DNA of 64,000 bases from a virus (IMGVR_UViG_2862281513_000001:32001-96000), one strand, 5' to 3'. Shown: positions 46,428-54,966, counted from the first letter of the stretch. A program made the numbers and translations. Notes: a model not told the origin generated them from the letters alone.

Positions 46428-46898
46428 TCAGGCCCAGCGGCGCAGGGCGTGCTGGCGGCGGCCGAGGTAGGGCACCGCGGCGTCGGGGTGCTGGCTGGCG
46501 ATGTGGGCGGCGGCCGACTCGCGGGCGCCGTCGCGGGTGGTGCCGGTGCGGCCGATGGTCGGGCAGTCGAAGTTGAAGCCGTCGGCGGCGACGGTCTCGC
46601 CGGTGATGACGTGGACCTCGCAGCGCCAGACCCACCGCCCGCGCCGGGCGCCGGGCTCCTGCCGGTAGGAGACGAGCGCGACGGGGGCGGGGGCGCCCAC
46701 GGCCTCCAGCAGGCAGCCGGTGACGGCGCCGTTGGGCTCGTCGAAGGGGAGGACGACGGGGCGGGTCTCCCACCAGCGCAGGTTCAGGGTCGGCCACTGG
46801 TCGGCGGGTACGGGCTGGTCGTCGGGCAGGAACTCGCCGGGTGCGGCCAGGAGGGGCCAGTCGGGGCGGACGTGGTGGAGGTGGGGCAGGCGTTCCAT
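46428..46898 (-). CDS. Hypothetical protein
   Basis: AAAGGA RBS, MERLPHL start. Confidence 0.65.
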   Translation of the reverse strand: MERLPHLHHVRPDWPLLAAPGEFLPDDQPVPADQWPTLNLRWWETRPVVLPFDEPNGAVTGCLLEAVGAPAPVALVSYRQEPGARRGRWVWRCEVHVITGETVAADGFNFDCPTIGRTGTTRDGARESAAAHIASQHPDAAVPYLGRRQHALRRWA

Positions 46899-46909
46899 CG
46901 GGGTTCCTT

Positions 46910-47260
46910 TCAGCTGGCGAGCGCGAGGATGTGGACGGCGATTCGGTGGGCGCACATGTGGATGCCGCGCAGTCCGGCCGGGCACGTGCAGGCCGCTCGT
47001 GCCGTCCGGTAGGCCTCCAGGCCGTCGCTGCTGACGGCGAGGTAGACGCGGTTCTTGCGGGTGTCGCGGAGGGGGATGACGCCGCCCTGTTCGAGCAGCT
47101 CCTCGGCCTTGTCGACCAGGTGCGGCTTGTACTGGGTCAGCTCCTCGGACCGGCGCGCCCGCCTCACCTTCCGGCGGCATTTCGGGCCGAGGCCGTCGGG
47201 TGAGGAGTTCCGCAGACGCCGGCCGCACTTGAGGCACTTGGTGACCGGCGTTGCGTCCAT
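46910..47260 (-). CDS. DUF6011-like + SWIM zinc-finger protein
   Basis: CLKCGRRL...GLGPKC and CTCPAG....CAH. Confidence 0.8.
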   Translation of the reverse strand: MDATPVTKCLKCGRRLRNSSPDGLGPKCRRKVRRARRSEELTQYKPHLVDKAEELLEQGGVIPLRDTRKNRVYLAVSSDGLEAYRTARAACTCPAGLRGIHMCAHRIAVHILALAS

Positions 47261-47302
47261 CGCTGCTCCCTCGGTGGTGGGTGGTGTGTCGTGCATTCAT
47301 CA

Positions 47303-47388
47303 TTGACCGAATGGCTCGGGATTATCCGCGTTATCCCGGATGATTTGGTCAGGGATTGGTCAAGAGAGGGCGCTCCGCTGCTGGTCAG
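47303..47388 (-). repeat. Array repeat copy 17 (duplicated TTGGTCA)
   Basis: Core 47303-47352, second TTGGTCAA at 47356. Confidence 0.88.
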
Positions 47389-47404
47389 CGGCGGGGCGCC
47401 CCGT

Positions 47405-48169
47405 TCAGGCGGTGAGCTCGGCGAGGAGGACGGTGGCGTTGTCCACGAACCGCTGCTCGTCCTCGGTCCGGCTCTTGCGGGAGGTCTCCACGGCCAGGTC
47501 GACGAAGCGGCGGGCGATGGCGGGCAGCTGCTCGTCGTCCAGCTCCACGAACAGGTCGTGCCGGGCCTCCTCGTGCGGCTCGTACGCGCCGTCGGTGGCC
47601 AGGACGAGGCGGTCGCCGTCGGCGATGTCGTGGGTCGCCGTCTCGATCGCCGGGTGACCGTAGCCGGCCTGGGCGTCCTCGTCGGTGAGGACGGCGCCGA
47701 GGTAGGAGGTGATCATGTTGCGGTTGCCGCCCTCGGGGTGGGTGGCGGTCGGCGGGTAGACCCGGCGAAGGTTGTGGTCGTCGGTCAGCCGGTGGGCGAT
47801 GCCGTGGTGCAGGAGGTAGGCGCGGGAGTCTCCGGCCCAGGCGACGACGAGGGGCTTGCCGGGAGCGGTGACGGCGACGACGGCGGCTGCGCTGGGGAGG
47901 TAGCGGCGCTCGTAGGGGTCCTGGCGGTCGGGGTCGGCCGCGATCTCCTCGTACAGGGAGCGCAGGGCGCTCTCGGCGTCGCCGCGGCGGGCGGCCCGGG
48001 TGGCGAGGCGGGCGGCCATGGTGCGGGTCCAGTCGCGGATCGTCTCGGAGGTGCCGATGCCGTCGAGGACGGCGTACGCGCGGATGCCGTCGGCGCCGGT
48101 GCGGACGGCGGCCGCGTCGCACTGGATGCCCCTGCCGCCGATGTTCTGGGCGGTCGCGTAGCTGCGCAT
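47405..48169 (-). CDS. PP2C/PPM-family protein phosphatase
   Basis: R..QCDA, VLDGIG, WAGDSRAY, LT.DH, LATDG, DNAT. Confidence 0.9.
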   Translation of the reverse strand: MRSYATAQNIGGRGIQCDAAAVRTGADGIRAYAVLDGIGTSETIRDWTRTMAARLATRAARRGDAESALRSLYEEIAADPDRQDPYERRYLPSAAAVVAVTAPGKPLVVAWAGDSRAYLLHHGIAHRLTDDHNLRRVYPPTATHPEGGNRNMITSYLGAVLTDEDAQAGYGHPAIETATHDIADGDRLVLATDGAYEPHEEARHDLFVELDDEQLPAIARRFVDLAVETSRKSRTEDEQRFVDNATVLLAELTA

Positions 48170-48234
48170 GGGTCGTGCTCCGTTCGGTGAGGGGTGGGGC
48201 GCCCCGCGGTCGCGGGGCGCCGTCGTCGGTGGGA

Positions 48235-48723
48235 TCAGCTCTGCTCGCTGGCGGGGCGTACACACGTCTCGTGGGTGTGGCAGTTGCACTTGCCGCAGCC
48301 CGCGCACATCTGGCCGGCCTCCAGCCCGCAGGGTCCGCAGCCGCCGGAGGCGTCCAGCTCGGCATCGTCGATCGCGTTCATCAGCTCGAACGCCTTCTGC
48401 TTGTCGAAGCGGGACCGCGGCCTGCACGAGCCGTCGCAGAACTCGGGGCCGCCGAGGAGGACGCTGTCCTCGCCCTGGTGGCCCTCGCAGCCCTCGGCCT
48501 CCCTGAGCGTGACCGTGATGTCGTGCACCTTGAGCACGCCCTCACCCGTCTTGTCGCAGGCGTGGCGCAGGAGCTCGACGTCCATGTGCAGGGCGAGGCC
48601 CTCGGTGGGCGGCTTGCCCTGCACCAGGGCGAGGCTCCTGATGATGCCTCGCAGCTGGCTGGAGTCGGCGGCGCTGTAGTTGCGGTCCTCGATGGCGGGG
48701 TGCTCGATGACGACGTCGTACAC
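48235..48723 (-). CDS. Cys-rich hypothetical protein
   Basis: GGAAGG RBS with GTG; multiple CxxC. Confidence 0.75.
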   Translation of the reverse strand: MYDVVIEHPAIEDRNYSAADSSQLRGIIRSLALVQGKPPTEGLALHMDVELLRHACDKTGEGVLKVHDITVTLREAEGCEGHQGEDSVLLGGPEFCDGSCRPRSRFDKQKAFELMNAIDDAELDASGGCGPCGLEAGQMCAGCGKCNCHTHETCVRPASEQS

Positions 48724-48764
48724 GGCGTTTCCTTCCTGAGCGGGTGGTGTGTCCTCATTCATCC

Positions 48765-48814
48765 TGGACCATACAGCCCTGGATTACACACCGTATCCCG
48801 ATGGATTTGGTCGA
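48765..48814 (-). repeat. Array repeat copy 18 (diverged)
   Basis: TTCATCC-TGGACC...GTATCCCG...TTTGGTCGA. Confidence 0.8.
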
Positions 48815-48867
48815 ATGCTTGCCAGGGGAAGCCGCCCCGCCCGGCAAGTGGAGGGGCGGCCTGGCGG

Positions 48868-49068
48868 TCAGCGACGGGCGGGCCGCGAACCGGCGAGCGG
48901 GAGCCCCAGGTCGCAGTGCTCGCAGAACACGACGTCACTGTTGTCGGTGAGGCACACCAGCTCCAGCCCACAGTCGCAGGTGCCGAGGTCCGGCAGCTCG
49001 GGCAGCGGCCGGGTGACCCGCACGGCCGGCTCGTTGACGACAGTGGCGGCGATGGTGGATGCGCTCAT
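48868..49068 (-). CDS. Small zinc-ribbon protein, first gene of the array
   Basis: CDCG...FCEHC; paralog of 26293-26508. Confidence 0.7.
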   Translation of the reverse strand: MSASTIAATVVNEPAVRVTRPLPELPDLGTCDCGLELVCLTDNSDVVFCEHCDLGLPLAGSRPARR

Positions 49069-49080
49069 GACTCTCTCCCT

Positions 49081-49175
49081 GGGGTGGTGCGGTGGTTTGT
49101 CGTACTTCATTCCTCCCCTGTCCACCCATGTCCACCCTCGTTTGGTCGAGAAAAGCCCAGTTCACAGCAGGTTTG
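49081..49175 (-). repeat. Degenerate array repeat copy 19
   Basis: GGT-rich leader, TTCAT, TTTGGTCGA and CAGCAGGT retained; inner palindrome lost. Confidence 0.5.
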
Positions 49176-49234
49176 ACTTTGCCTTGGCTCGGCCATCCGT
49201 GTTTATCCCGGTCTGCTTGTGCAAGACTCGCCAT

Positions 49235-49843
49235 ATGGCCACCACCGACAGCCCGCCCCAGAGCGGCTACCAGCCGAGCGCCCAGCTCCGGCAGCACCTC
49301 GACGACTGGAACAAGGCCGTGGCCGCAGAGCCGACGGCCCGCAAGGCGCTCGAGGACGGCATCGCCGTCGAGCTGACCGAGAACCGGCAGCTGAACCTGC
49401 CGACGCTCGCCGAGCACATGCCGTGGACGGCGGAGAACATCCGCCTCCTCATGGCCGGGCGCGGCGTGCCGCCGCGCGAGCGTCACCGCAAGGAGGAGGG
49501 TGACCCGCCGGTGTACACGCCGAGTGACCGGCTGCGTGACCAGCTGGCCGGCTGGCACCTGGCCGTCGACGACGAGAAGAAGGCGCGCGCCGCTCTGGAA
49601 AAGGCGATCGCCGACGAGCTGCGGGCGAATCCGGACCTGACCAATGCCGAGATCGCCGCGCATCTCCCCTGGGCGCAGGAACAGATCCGGCTGATTGCCC
49701 GCGCGCACAATGTGCCGCGCCGCCGTAAGCGGGGCTCGGAGCACAAGCTGATCGAGGCCAATGGAAAGCCGAAGTCGGTCGTCGTGCCTTACGACTGGTA
49801 CGTGCAGCAGCCGGGAGCAGATCCGTCCATCGTCAAGCGGTGA
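49235..49843 (+). CDS. Tandem-duplicated HTH-like regulator with Phd/YefM-like C-terminal motif
   Basis: Y.PS..LR..L..W..AV......R.ALE..IA.EL..N..L......H.PW..E.IRL occurs twice; C-terminal NGKPKSVVVPYDWY. Confidence 0.75.
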   Translation: MATTDSPPQSGYQPSAQLRQHLDDWNKAVAAEPTARKALEDGIAVELTENRQLNLPTLAEHMPWTAENIRLLMAGRGVPPRERHRKEEGDPPVYTPSDRLRDQLAGWHLAVDDEKKARAALEKAIADELRANPDLTNAEIAAHLPWAQEQIRLIARAHNVPRRRKRGSEHKLIEANGKPKSVVVPYDWYVQQPGADPSIVKR

Positions 49844-49854
49844 TGGCGGGCAGA

Positions 49855-49896
49855 CGAAAGGGCCACGACGGGGGAGCGTGGCCCTTTCGCGTTTTC
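49855..49896. terminator. Terminator between convergent genes
   Basis: CGAAAGGGCCACG/CGTGGCCCTTTCG followed by TTTT. Confidence 0.75.
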
Positions 49897-49908
49897 GGGA
49901 TCAGGCGG

Positions 49909-50139
49909 TCACAGGACCTTCGAGACCAGCCCGACCAGGAGCAGGACGGCGACGATCGCGAAGATCTTCCAATCGCCGGCCTGCGGCATTCGACCACCGC
50001 CGCCGCTGAGGATCGCCTCGTCCGGGTGCATTCCGTCATGCCGCCTCTGGCGGTGTTCGAAGCCGAAATCCTCAGCGCCACGGCGGAGAGTGAACGGGTG
50101 AGACACGAGATTGCAGTTCCCGCATTCGTACCGGTGCAT
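49909..50139 (-). CDS. Small Zn-finger + TM protein (start may be GTG at 50196)
   Basis: YECGNC...HRQRRH, C-terminal TM. Confidence 0.65.
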   Translation of the reverse strand: MHRYECGNCNLVSHPFTLRRGAEDFGFEHRQRRHDGMHPDEAILSGGGGRMPQAGDWKIFAIVAVLLLVGLVSKVL

Positions 50140-50396
50140 CTGCGGCCCCCTGGACTGTGCTGCGTCTCGCCGCGCCCTCTGCTCGCGGCGTGTCACGAGC
50201 GTAGCGCGCTCCGTCACCACTCGGGAAGCCGTGTCCGTTTTGCCCGCTCCGCCCCCGCCGGTAGGGCCGGTAGGAAGGCGGTAGACCGGCCTACCAGTAG
50301 GGACCCGCGGCCCCTCTCGGGTCGGGGAGGGGCCGCGGATCGTGGCGCTCCCCCGCGCGCCCGCCGCGCCGGCCGGGACGGCTGGCCCAGGCGTGC

Positions 50397-51566
50397 CTAT
50401 TCTGCGGGGGTCCGGGCGGCCGGGATGTCGGCCGATTCCTGGGCGGGAATGTGGGCCGGAACTGGGCCGGAATCCTGGGTGGGATCCGGGGGCGAAATGG
50501 GGGTGCCGCTGGGGTCGAGAGACGGCACCAGGTGGGCGGGGATATTCGGCCTCCGGCCGAGGTCTTTCGTGAGGTCTTCCACGTGTACGCCGGGGACGTT
50601 TTTCTTGACCCACGTCTCGCCGGTTTCGGTGGTCTCCAGGACGCGGAAACTCATCTGGTCGCGGACGGTGATTCCGGCCATTCCGAGCAGCTCGATCATG
50701 CCCTTTCGGTCCATGCCGGGAAGGCCGCCGTTTTCCTGCTGTTCCGCGAGCAGGTCGTCGACTCGGGATCCCTTTCCCCGAATGCCTTTGACGTGCCCTT
50801 GGGCTGTTGCCGCGACGCGGTGTTCCACGAAAATGCGGAGGCGCTCCCGGGCGGCCTGCCAGCGGGCTTCCCTGGCTTCTTCGTCGCCTTCGGGTTCCGC
50901 CTCTTCGGCGGCTTCTTCCTCGTCTTCCTGGTCCTGCTCCCCCGCCGATTCGTCATGATCGTTTTCGGGACGGTTGAGTGCGTCGGCGGTCAGCGCGCCG
51001 AAGAACCAGACGAGCACGGCGACCGCGGCGACGATGCCGCTGTAGGGCCGGAGCACCGCCACGAGGGCCTTGCCCACCCCCATCAGGGCGCCGACGCCGA
51101 CCGCACACACGAGGACGGCGAGCCCGGCCTGGTCGAGCCAGTTCGACTTCGCTGCCGCTGTCGGCACCTTGGTCGCCTTCTTCGTCTTCTTCTTGCCCTT
51201 GCCCTTGCTGCTGCCGCTCCTCGCGGCCTCGCTCTTGCCGTCCTTCCCGGCGTCGTCCTTGCCGGTGCCACTGCTGGCGGGCGGCTTCGCCGCGGGTGCG
51301 GACGTGACGGTCGCGCGCTTGAGCAGGGCGAGCAGGGCGCCGGGGATCCACAGCAGGATGATCCCCGTGCCGCGCAGCAGGCTCCAGCCGAGGGCGCGGG
51401 GCTCTACCAGGTCGAGGACCTGGCGGACGGCGCCGGCCAGCTGCTCGCGCGGGCTGAGCGGCGCCTCCTCCCACTCGTCCTCGGTCTCGCCCCCGGGCTC
51501 GTCCTCCAGCTCGACGTCCACGGGGTCCGGTTCGGGGAGCGGCGGCTTGTCCAGGCTGATGGTCAT
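50397..51566 (-). CDS. Membrane protein (3 TM) with cytoplasmic C-terminal domain
   Basis: MTISLDKP start coupled to the upstream stop; TM segments with low-complexity linkers. Confidence 0.75.
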   Translation of the reverse strand: MTISLDKPPLPEPDPVDVELEDEPGGETEDEWEEAPLSPREQLAGAVRQVLDLVEPRALGWSLLRGTGIILLWIPGALLALLKRATVTSAPAAKPPASSGTGKDDAGKDGKSEAARSGSSKGKGKKKTKKATKVPTAAAKSNWLDQAGLAVLVCAVGVGALMGVGKALVAVLRPYSGIVAAVAVLVWFFGALTADALNRPENDHDESAGEQDQEDEEEAAEEAEPEGDEEAREARWQAARERLRIFVEHRVAATAQGHVKGIRGKGSRVDDLLAEQQENGGLPGMDRKGMIELLGMAGITVRDQMSFRVLETTETGETWVKKNVPGVHVEDLTKDLGRRPNIPAHLVPSLDPSGTPISPPDPTQDSGPVPAHIPAQESADIPAARTPAE

Positions 51567-52048
51567 CAGTGGCCCAGCCCTGTGACGATGCCGATGAGCA
51601 TGTGGATGACGTTGACGAGGATTCCCCAGATGCCGCCCGCGCTGGCGTAGACGACGGAGGCCGCCAGGCCGATCACGGCGGGCGGGGTCGTCTTGCTCCC
51701 CCACTTCCCGCCGAAGGCGATCATGGTGAGGACGACGGCGATGGCTCCGAGGCCGGGGTTGCCGAAGCCGTTGTCTCCGGACAGCAGGGCGGTCGGGACG
51801 GAGCCGATGCCCTTGGCGATGTCGGCCCAGGTGCCGCCGGCCGCCATCCACGCGGTGCCGGTGAAGATGCCCCACCAGGCGGCTTTCTTCTTGTTGTTGA
51901 TGACCAGCGGGCCCCAGTCGCTCCCCCGCAGGCCGAGGATCAGGCCGACGCCCGCGCACAGGGCGACCCCGGACGTGAGGACCGTTCCGAAGATCTGTCC
52001 GCCGGTGATGCCGGGAGCTTGGGCCGGGGCGGCGAGGTAGTCGAACAC
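51566..52048 (-). CDS. Gly-rich multi-pass membrane protein
   Basis: GAAAGG RBS with GTG; about four hydrophobic segments. Confidence 0.75.
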   Translation of the reverse strand: MFDYLAAPAQAPGITGGQIFGTVLTSGVALCAGVGLILGLRGSDWGPLVINNKKKAAWWGIFTGTAWMAAGGTWADIAKGIGSVPTALLSGDNGFGNPGLGAIAVVLTMIAFGGKWGSKTTPPAVIGLAASVVYASAGGIWGILVNVIHMLIGIVTGLGH

Positions 52049-52058
52049 GACGTGCCTT

Positions 52059-52958
52059 TCAGGAAGTGGTGCCGGGGGCATAAAGCCCGGTAGCGAGGAC
52101 GGCCGAGGCCAGGGGGATGCGCACGATCCAGCGGGCCGCCCAGTGCCAGTTGCGGGTGCGGCGGTCGATGAACCACCACAGGCCGCCGCACATGGAGCCC
52201 GCGGTGAGCAGGAGGCTCACGGCACTCGGGCCGAGCCCCCAGCGCTCACCGTTCGCGTTCAGCCAGTCGACGGGGACCGGGGCGAAGCGGCGGCCGATCT
52301 CGGCGGCGCCGACCGTGATGATGAGGCGGGAGACAGGCGGATGCGGAAGGACGTTCTTGACGGCTGGGAAGCCGGAGACCAGCCAGGCCCCATAGCCGCC
52401 GACGGCCGCGGTGAACAGGCTGAGCATGCCGACGGCGCCTTGCTCGGCGGCGGGCATGAACGCCTCCAGGAACGGGACCAGGCCGATGCCGTAGCCGACG
52501 GCGGCGGCCGTGCCGTTGAAGACGACCCACCTGGTGGTGCGGTCGTCGGCGGCACTGTCCGCGAGCTTGCGGACCCCGGTCCGCTTAGGGCCGCCGGTGG
52601 CGACCTTGGCGACGGGCGGGCCCGGCGGCGTCGGTGGCGTCGCTGGGCGCGCAGGGTCGGGCTTGTGCTCCTGGGGCTGGTCGTCCTGCTCCTGGTGCTC
52701 GTCGTCGTCCTGGTCGTCGCTGTCGTGGCCGCTGTCGTCGTCCGGCTCGTTCGGGTCCGGGACGGCGGCAAGCGGGGGCCGGGCGACACGCCACCAGTCC
52801 GGCACGCGGGGCTGTGACGGCGGCGTCGCCGGCGGCGGCACGGGCGACTGCTCGGGGATCTGCGGGCCGTCAGCCTCGCTGGGGTCGGCGTGGCCGACGG
52901 GGCGGACGCCGAGGCCGCCCATGATGCGCCGTGTCCAGCGCTCGTCTGCCGTGGTCAC
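52059..52958 (-). CDS. Membrane protein with Pro/acidic N-terminus
   Basis: GTG overlapping the upstream stop; several C-terminal TMs. Confidence 0.75.
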   Translation of the reverse strand: MTTADERWTRRIMGGLGVRPVGHADPSEADGPQIPEQSPVPPPATPPSQPRVPDWWRVARPPLAAVPDPNEPDDDSGHDSDDQDDDEHQEQDDQPQEHKPDPARPATPPTPPGPPVAKVATGGPKRTGVRKLADSAADDRTTRWVVFNGTAAAVGYGIGLVPFLEAFMPAAEQGAVGMLSLFTAAVGGYGAWLVSGFPAVKNVLPHPPVSRLIITVGAAEIGRRFAPVPVDWLNANGERWGLGPSAVSLLLTAGSMCGGLWWFIDRRTRNWHWAARWIVRIPLASAVLATGLYAPGTTS

Positions 52959-53215
52959 CGGGCACCTCCCACGAGCACGTGAAGGACGGGGAGCGCGAAG
53001 GGAAGGCCCACAACGACGACCGCGGCGCCCAGCGCGCCCCGGGCCAGGGCGTAGTCCAGCGCGTTCTTCGTCGACCGCAGCTGCAGGACGACCATGCAGA
53101 CCAGACCGACGGTGGCGACGTTCAGCAGGAAGGTGTGCAGCAGCCCCGGAGGCGCCGCCGAGAGGCCCAGGCACAGGAAGACCAGGTAGACGGCGATCAG
53201 AACGATGCGGGTCAC
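52955..53215 (-). CDS. Small 3-TM protein
   Basis: Highly hydrophobic; GTGA overlaps on both sides. Confidence 0.7.
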   Translation of the reverse strand: MTRIVLIAVYLVFLCLGLSAAPPGLLHTFLLNVATVGLVCMVVLQLRSTKNALDYALARGALGAAVVVVGLPFALPVLHVLVGGAR

Positions 53216-53433
53216 TTCGTGGTCTCCTCGTCTCCGTAGCCTCCGCTGATCACGCGGGCCATCGCCTCGAAGGCGTCCAGCGCCCGCGGGTCGAAGCGCC
53301 CGCATCGGGCCTGGATGTCCTGGCCCAGCTGGTCGTAGAGGTGGACAGCGGTGCGGCTCCTGCCCTGCTCTGCCGCCTGTGCGGCGGCTGCCATCCGGCG
53401 CTCGATCTCCTGGTCCGTCAGGGACTCGCTCAT
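53212..53433 (-). CDS. Small helical hypothetical protein
   Basis: ATGA overlap, GGAGG RBS. Confidence 0.65.
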   Translation of the reverse strand: MSESLTDQEIERRMAAAAQAAEQGRSRTAVHLYDQLGQDIQARCGRFDPRALDAFEAMARVISGGYGDEETTK

Positions 53434-53810
53434 GACGTCGTCGCCTCCTCGCGGTCGGCAGGGTCGGGGCAGACGGGGCAGGCGGCGATCAGGTGCCGCA
53501 GGTGCACGCCGCGGTGGTCGACGGTGAACTCGTTCTCCCGGACCGCGACGCGCACGAGGGCGATGCCGGCGGCGACGTGGGGGCAGCGGTCGGCGAGCCG
53601 GTACCAGATGGCGACCAGCGACCTCACGTCCCACCACTGGCGGCGCACCCACTTGCGGGTGGGCTCGCCAGTGGCGGCCGGGGTGCTGCCGTAGGAGTAC
53701 CAGCCGTCGGCCTTGGGGCAGATCCAGCGTTCGATCAGGACGGCGGGCTTCAAGTCGGGGACGCCCGGCAGAGGGCGCGGGAACGAAGTGGCGGTCACGG
53801 TTGCATTCAC
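53430..53810 (-). CDS. Hypothetical protein
   Basis: Coupled to neighbours. Confidence 0.6.
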   Translation of the reverse strand: MNATVTATSFPRPLPGVPDLKPAVLIERWICPKADGWYSYGSTPAATGEPTRKWVRRQWWDVRSLVAIWYRLADRCPHVAAGIALVRVAVRENEFTVDHRGVHLRHLIAACPVCPDPADREEATTS

Positions 53811-53811
53811 C

Positions 53812-54024
53812 TCAGTGCGCGTAGGTCGTGATGAGCCAGGTCGCGGCCGACGTCGCGCCGAGGGTGGCGGCGGGCCGCAGGTGGCTGTGGGCGAGGGCGA
53901 TGACGGCGAAGACCAGGCCGACGCCGTCCGTCACGAGGGCGGCGGCGGGGCTCGTCAGGCCGAGCAGGGCGGCCGCGTGGTACGCCTCGGCCAGGTCACG
54001 CAGGCCGATGTCGGGCGCGCTCAC
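53812..54024 (-). CDS. Small membrane protein
   Basis: GTGA overlap with the NERD gene, GGAGG RBS. Confidence 0.55.
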   Translation of the reverse strand: MSAPDIGLRDLAEAYHAAALLGLTSPAAALVTDGVGLVFAVIALAHSHLRPAATLGATSAATWLITTYAH

Positions 54025-54716
54025 GAGGACCTCCGGGCTGTGTAGGGCGGCAGCAGTCGGGCCGCGATGTCGAGGAAGTTGTGGGGCCGCTGGCGCGGCA
54101 GCCGTTCGGCGTCGATGCGGCGCAAGGCAACGCACGCCTGGTCGGCGGGGATGATGCGGACGCCGTTCAGCCGGTGCTCGCGGCCGTCTGCGAGGCGGCC
54201 GACGATGATGGCGACGGCCACCGGCTGGACGCTCAGGAGGCTGCGGACGGCGCGGGCGCCCTTCCGTAGACCCTCCAGGCGGTCGGTGACGTCCTTGGTG
54301 CCGTGCCAGAGCCGGCCGCCGTTGACGGCCACCGGCCAGCGGGCGGACATCTTCTTGGGGTCGAGGACGTAGACGTGGCCGCGCGGGCTGAGGGCGAGGC
54401 CGTCGATGTTGGTCGTTCCGGTCGGGAGCTGCCGGTCCCACAGGAACCGCCACCCGTCCTCGACGAGCTCGGCGAGGAGCCCGGCGACCTCCTGCTCTCC
54501 CCTGCCGCCCGCCTCGTAGCGGTCGGCGAGCCGGGCCGCCCGGGTGGCGATGCCCAGGGCGGTCGCGACACGGACCAGCGGGGTGCGCAGCTCCTGGGCA
54601 TGGGCCAGCGCCGAGGCGCCGGGCGTGCCGGGCTTCGGGCGCCGTCCGGGCTGACCCAGACGGTTCCAGACCCAGATCGCACCGCCGATGGCGGCCGCGG
54701 TCAGCAGGAGGGACAT
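54021..54716 (-). CDS. NERD-domain (PD-(D/E)XK) nuclease with N-terminal TM
   Basis: G.RGE..V...L...GWRFLWD......NID.L...P.G.V.VLD.K. Confidence 0.85.
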   Translation of the reverse strand: MSLLLTAAAIGGAIWVWNRLGQPGRRPKPGTPGASALAHAQELRTPLVRVATALGIATRAARLADRYEAGGRGEQEVAGLLAELVEDGWRFLWDRQLPTGTTNIDGLALSPRGHVYVLDPKKMSARWPVAVNGGRLWHGTKDVTDRLEGLRKGARAVRSLLSVQPVAVAIIVGRLADGREHRLNGVRIIPADQACVALRRIDAERLPRQRPHNFLDIAARLLPPYTARRSS

Positions 54717-54819
54717 CAGGCGGCTTCCTTGCGTAGGAGCTGGACGAAGGCGGAGCGGGAGCGGGTGAAGGTGAGGCCGGTCACGACGTGACCGGCCTCG
54801 ACTTCTCAGGGGCGTCTGG

Positions 54820-54966
54820 TCACCAGGCGTCCCAGAACACGAGGGAGACGATCAGGGCGAGCACGGCCGCCCAGCGGCCCAGGAACGCCAGGTCGTCGGG
54901 CTTGCCGCGCACGCCCCAATACAGGCCGACGGCGCCGGTGAGCTGGAGTGCGTAGATCAGCGGCAT
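54820..54966 (-). CDS. Tiny 2-TM protein
   Basis: MPLIYALQL..., TAATG overlap with the upstream gene. Confidence 0.45.
   Translation of the reverse strand: MPLIYALQLTGAVGLYWGVRGKPDDLAFLGRWAAVLALIVSLVFWDAW

Noticed and set aside
22850-49175. CRISPR array interpretation of the palindromic repeats
   Set aside because: Spacers are 0.4-3 kb coding units, repeats are ~100 bp and divergent, and no cas genes are visible
22850-49175. Classical integron
   Set aside because: No IntI or other tyrosine recombinase in the window and no RYYYAAC/GTTRRRY ends; kept only as an analogy
50255-50550. Short CGGTAG and GGGC(C/G)GGAA repeats
   Set aside because: Few, irregular copies, partly explained by a Pro-rich coding tail; too weak to call iterons
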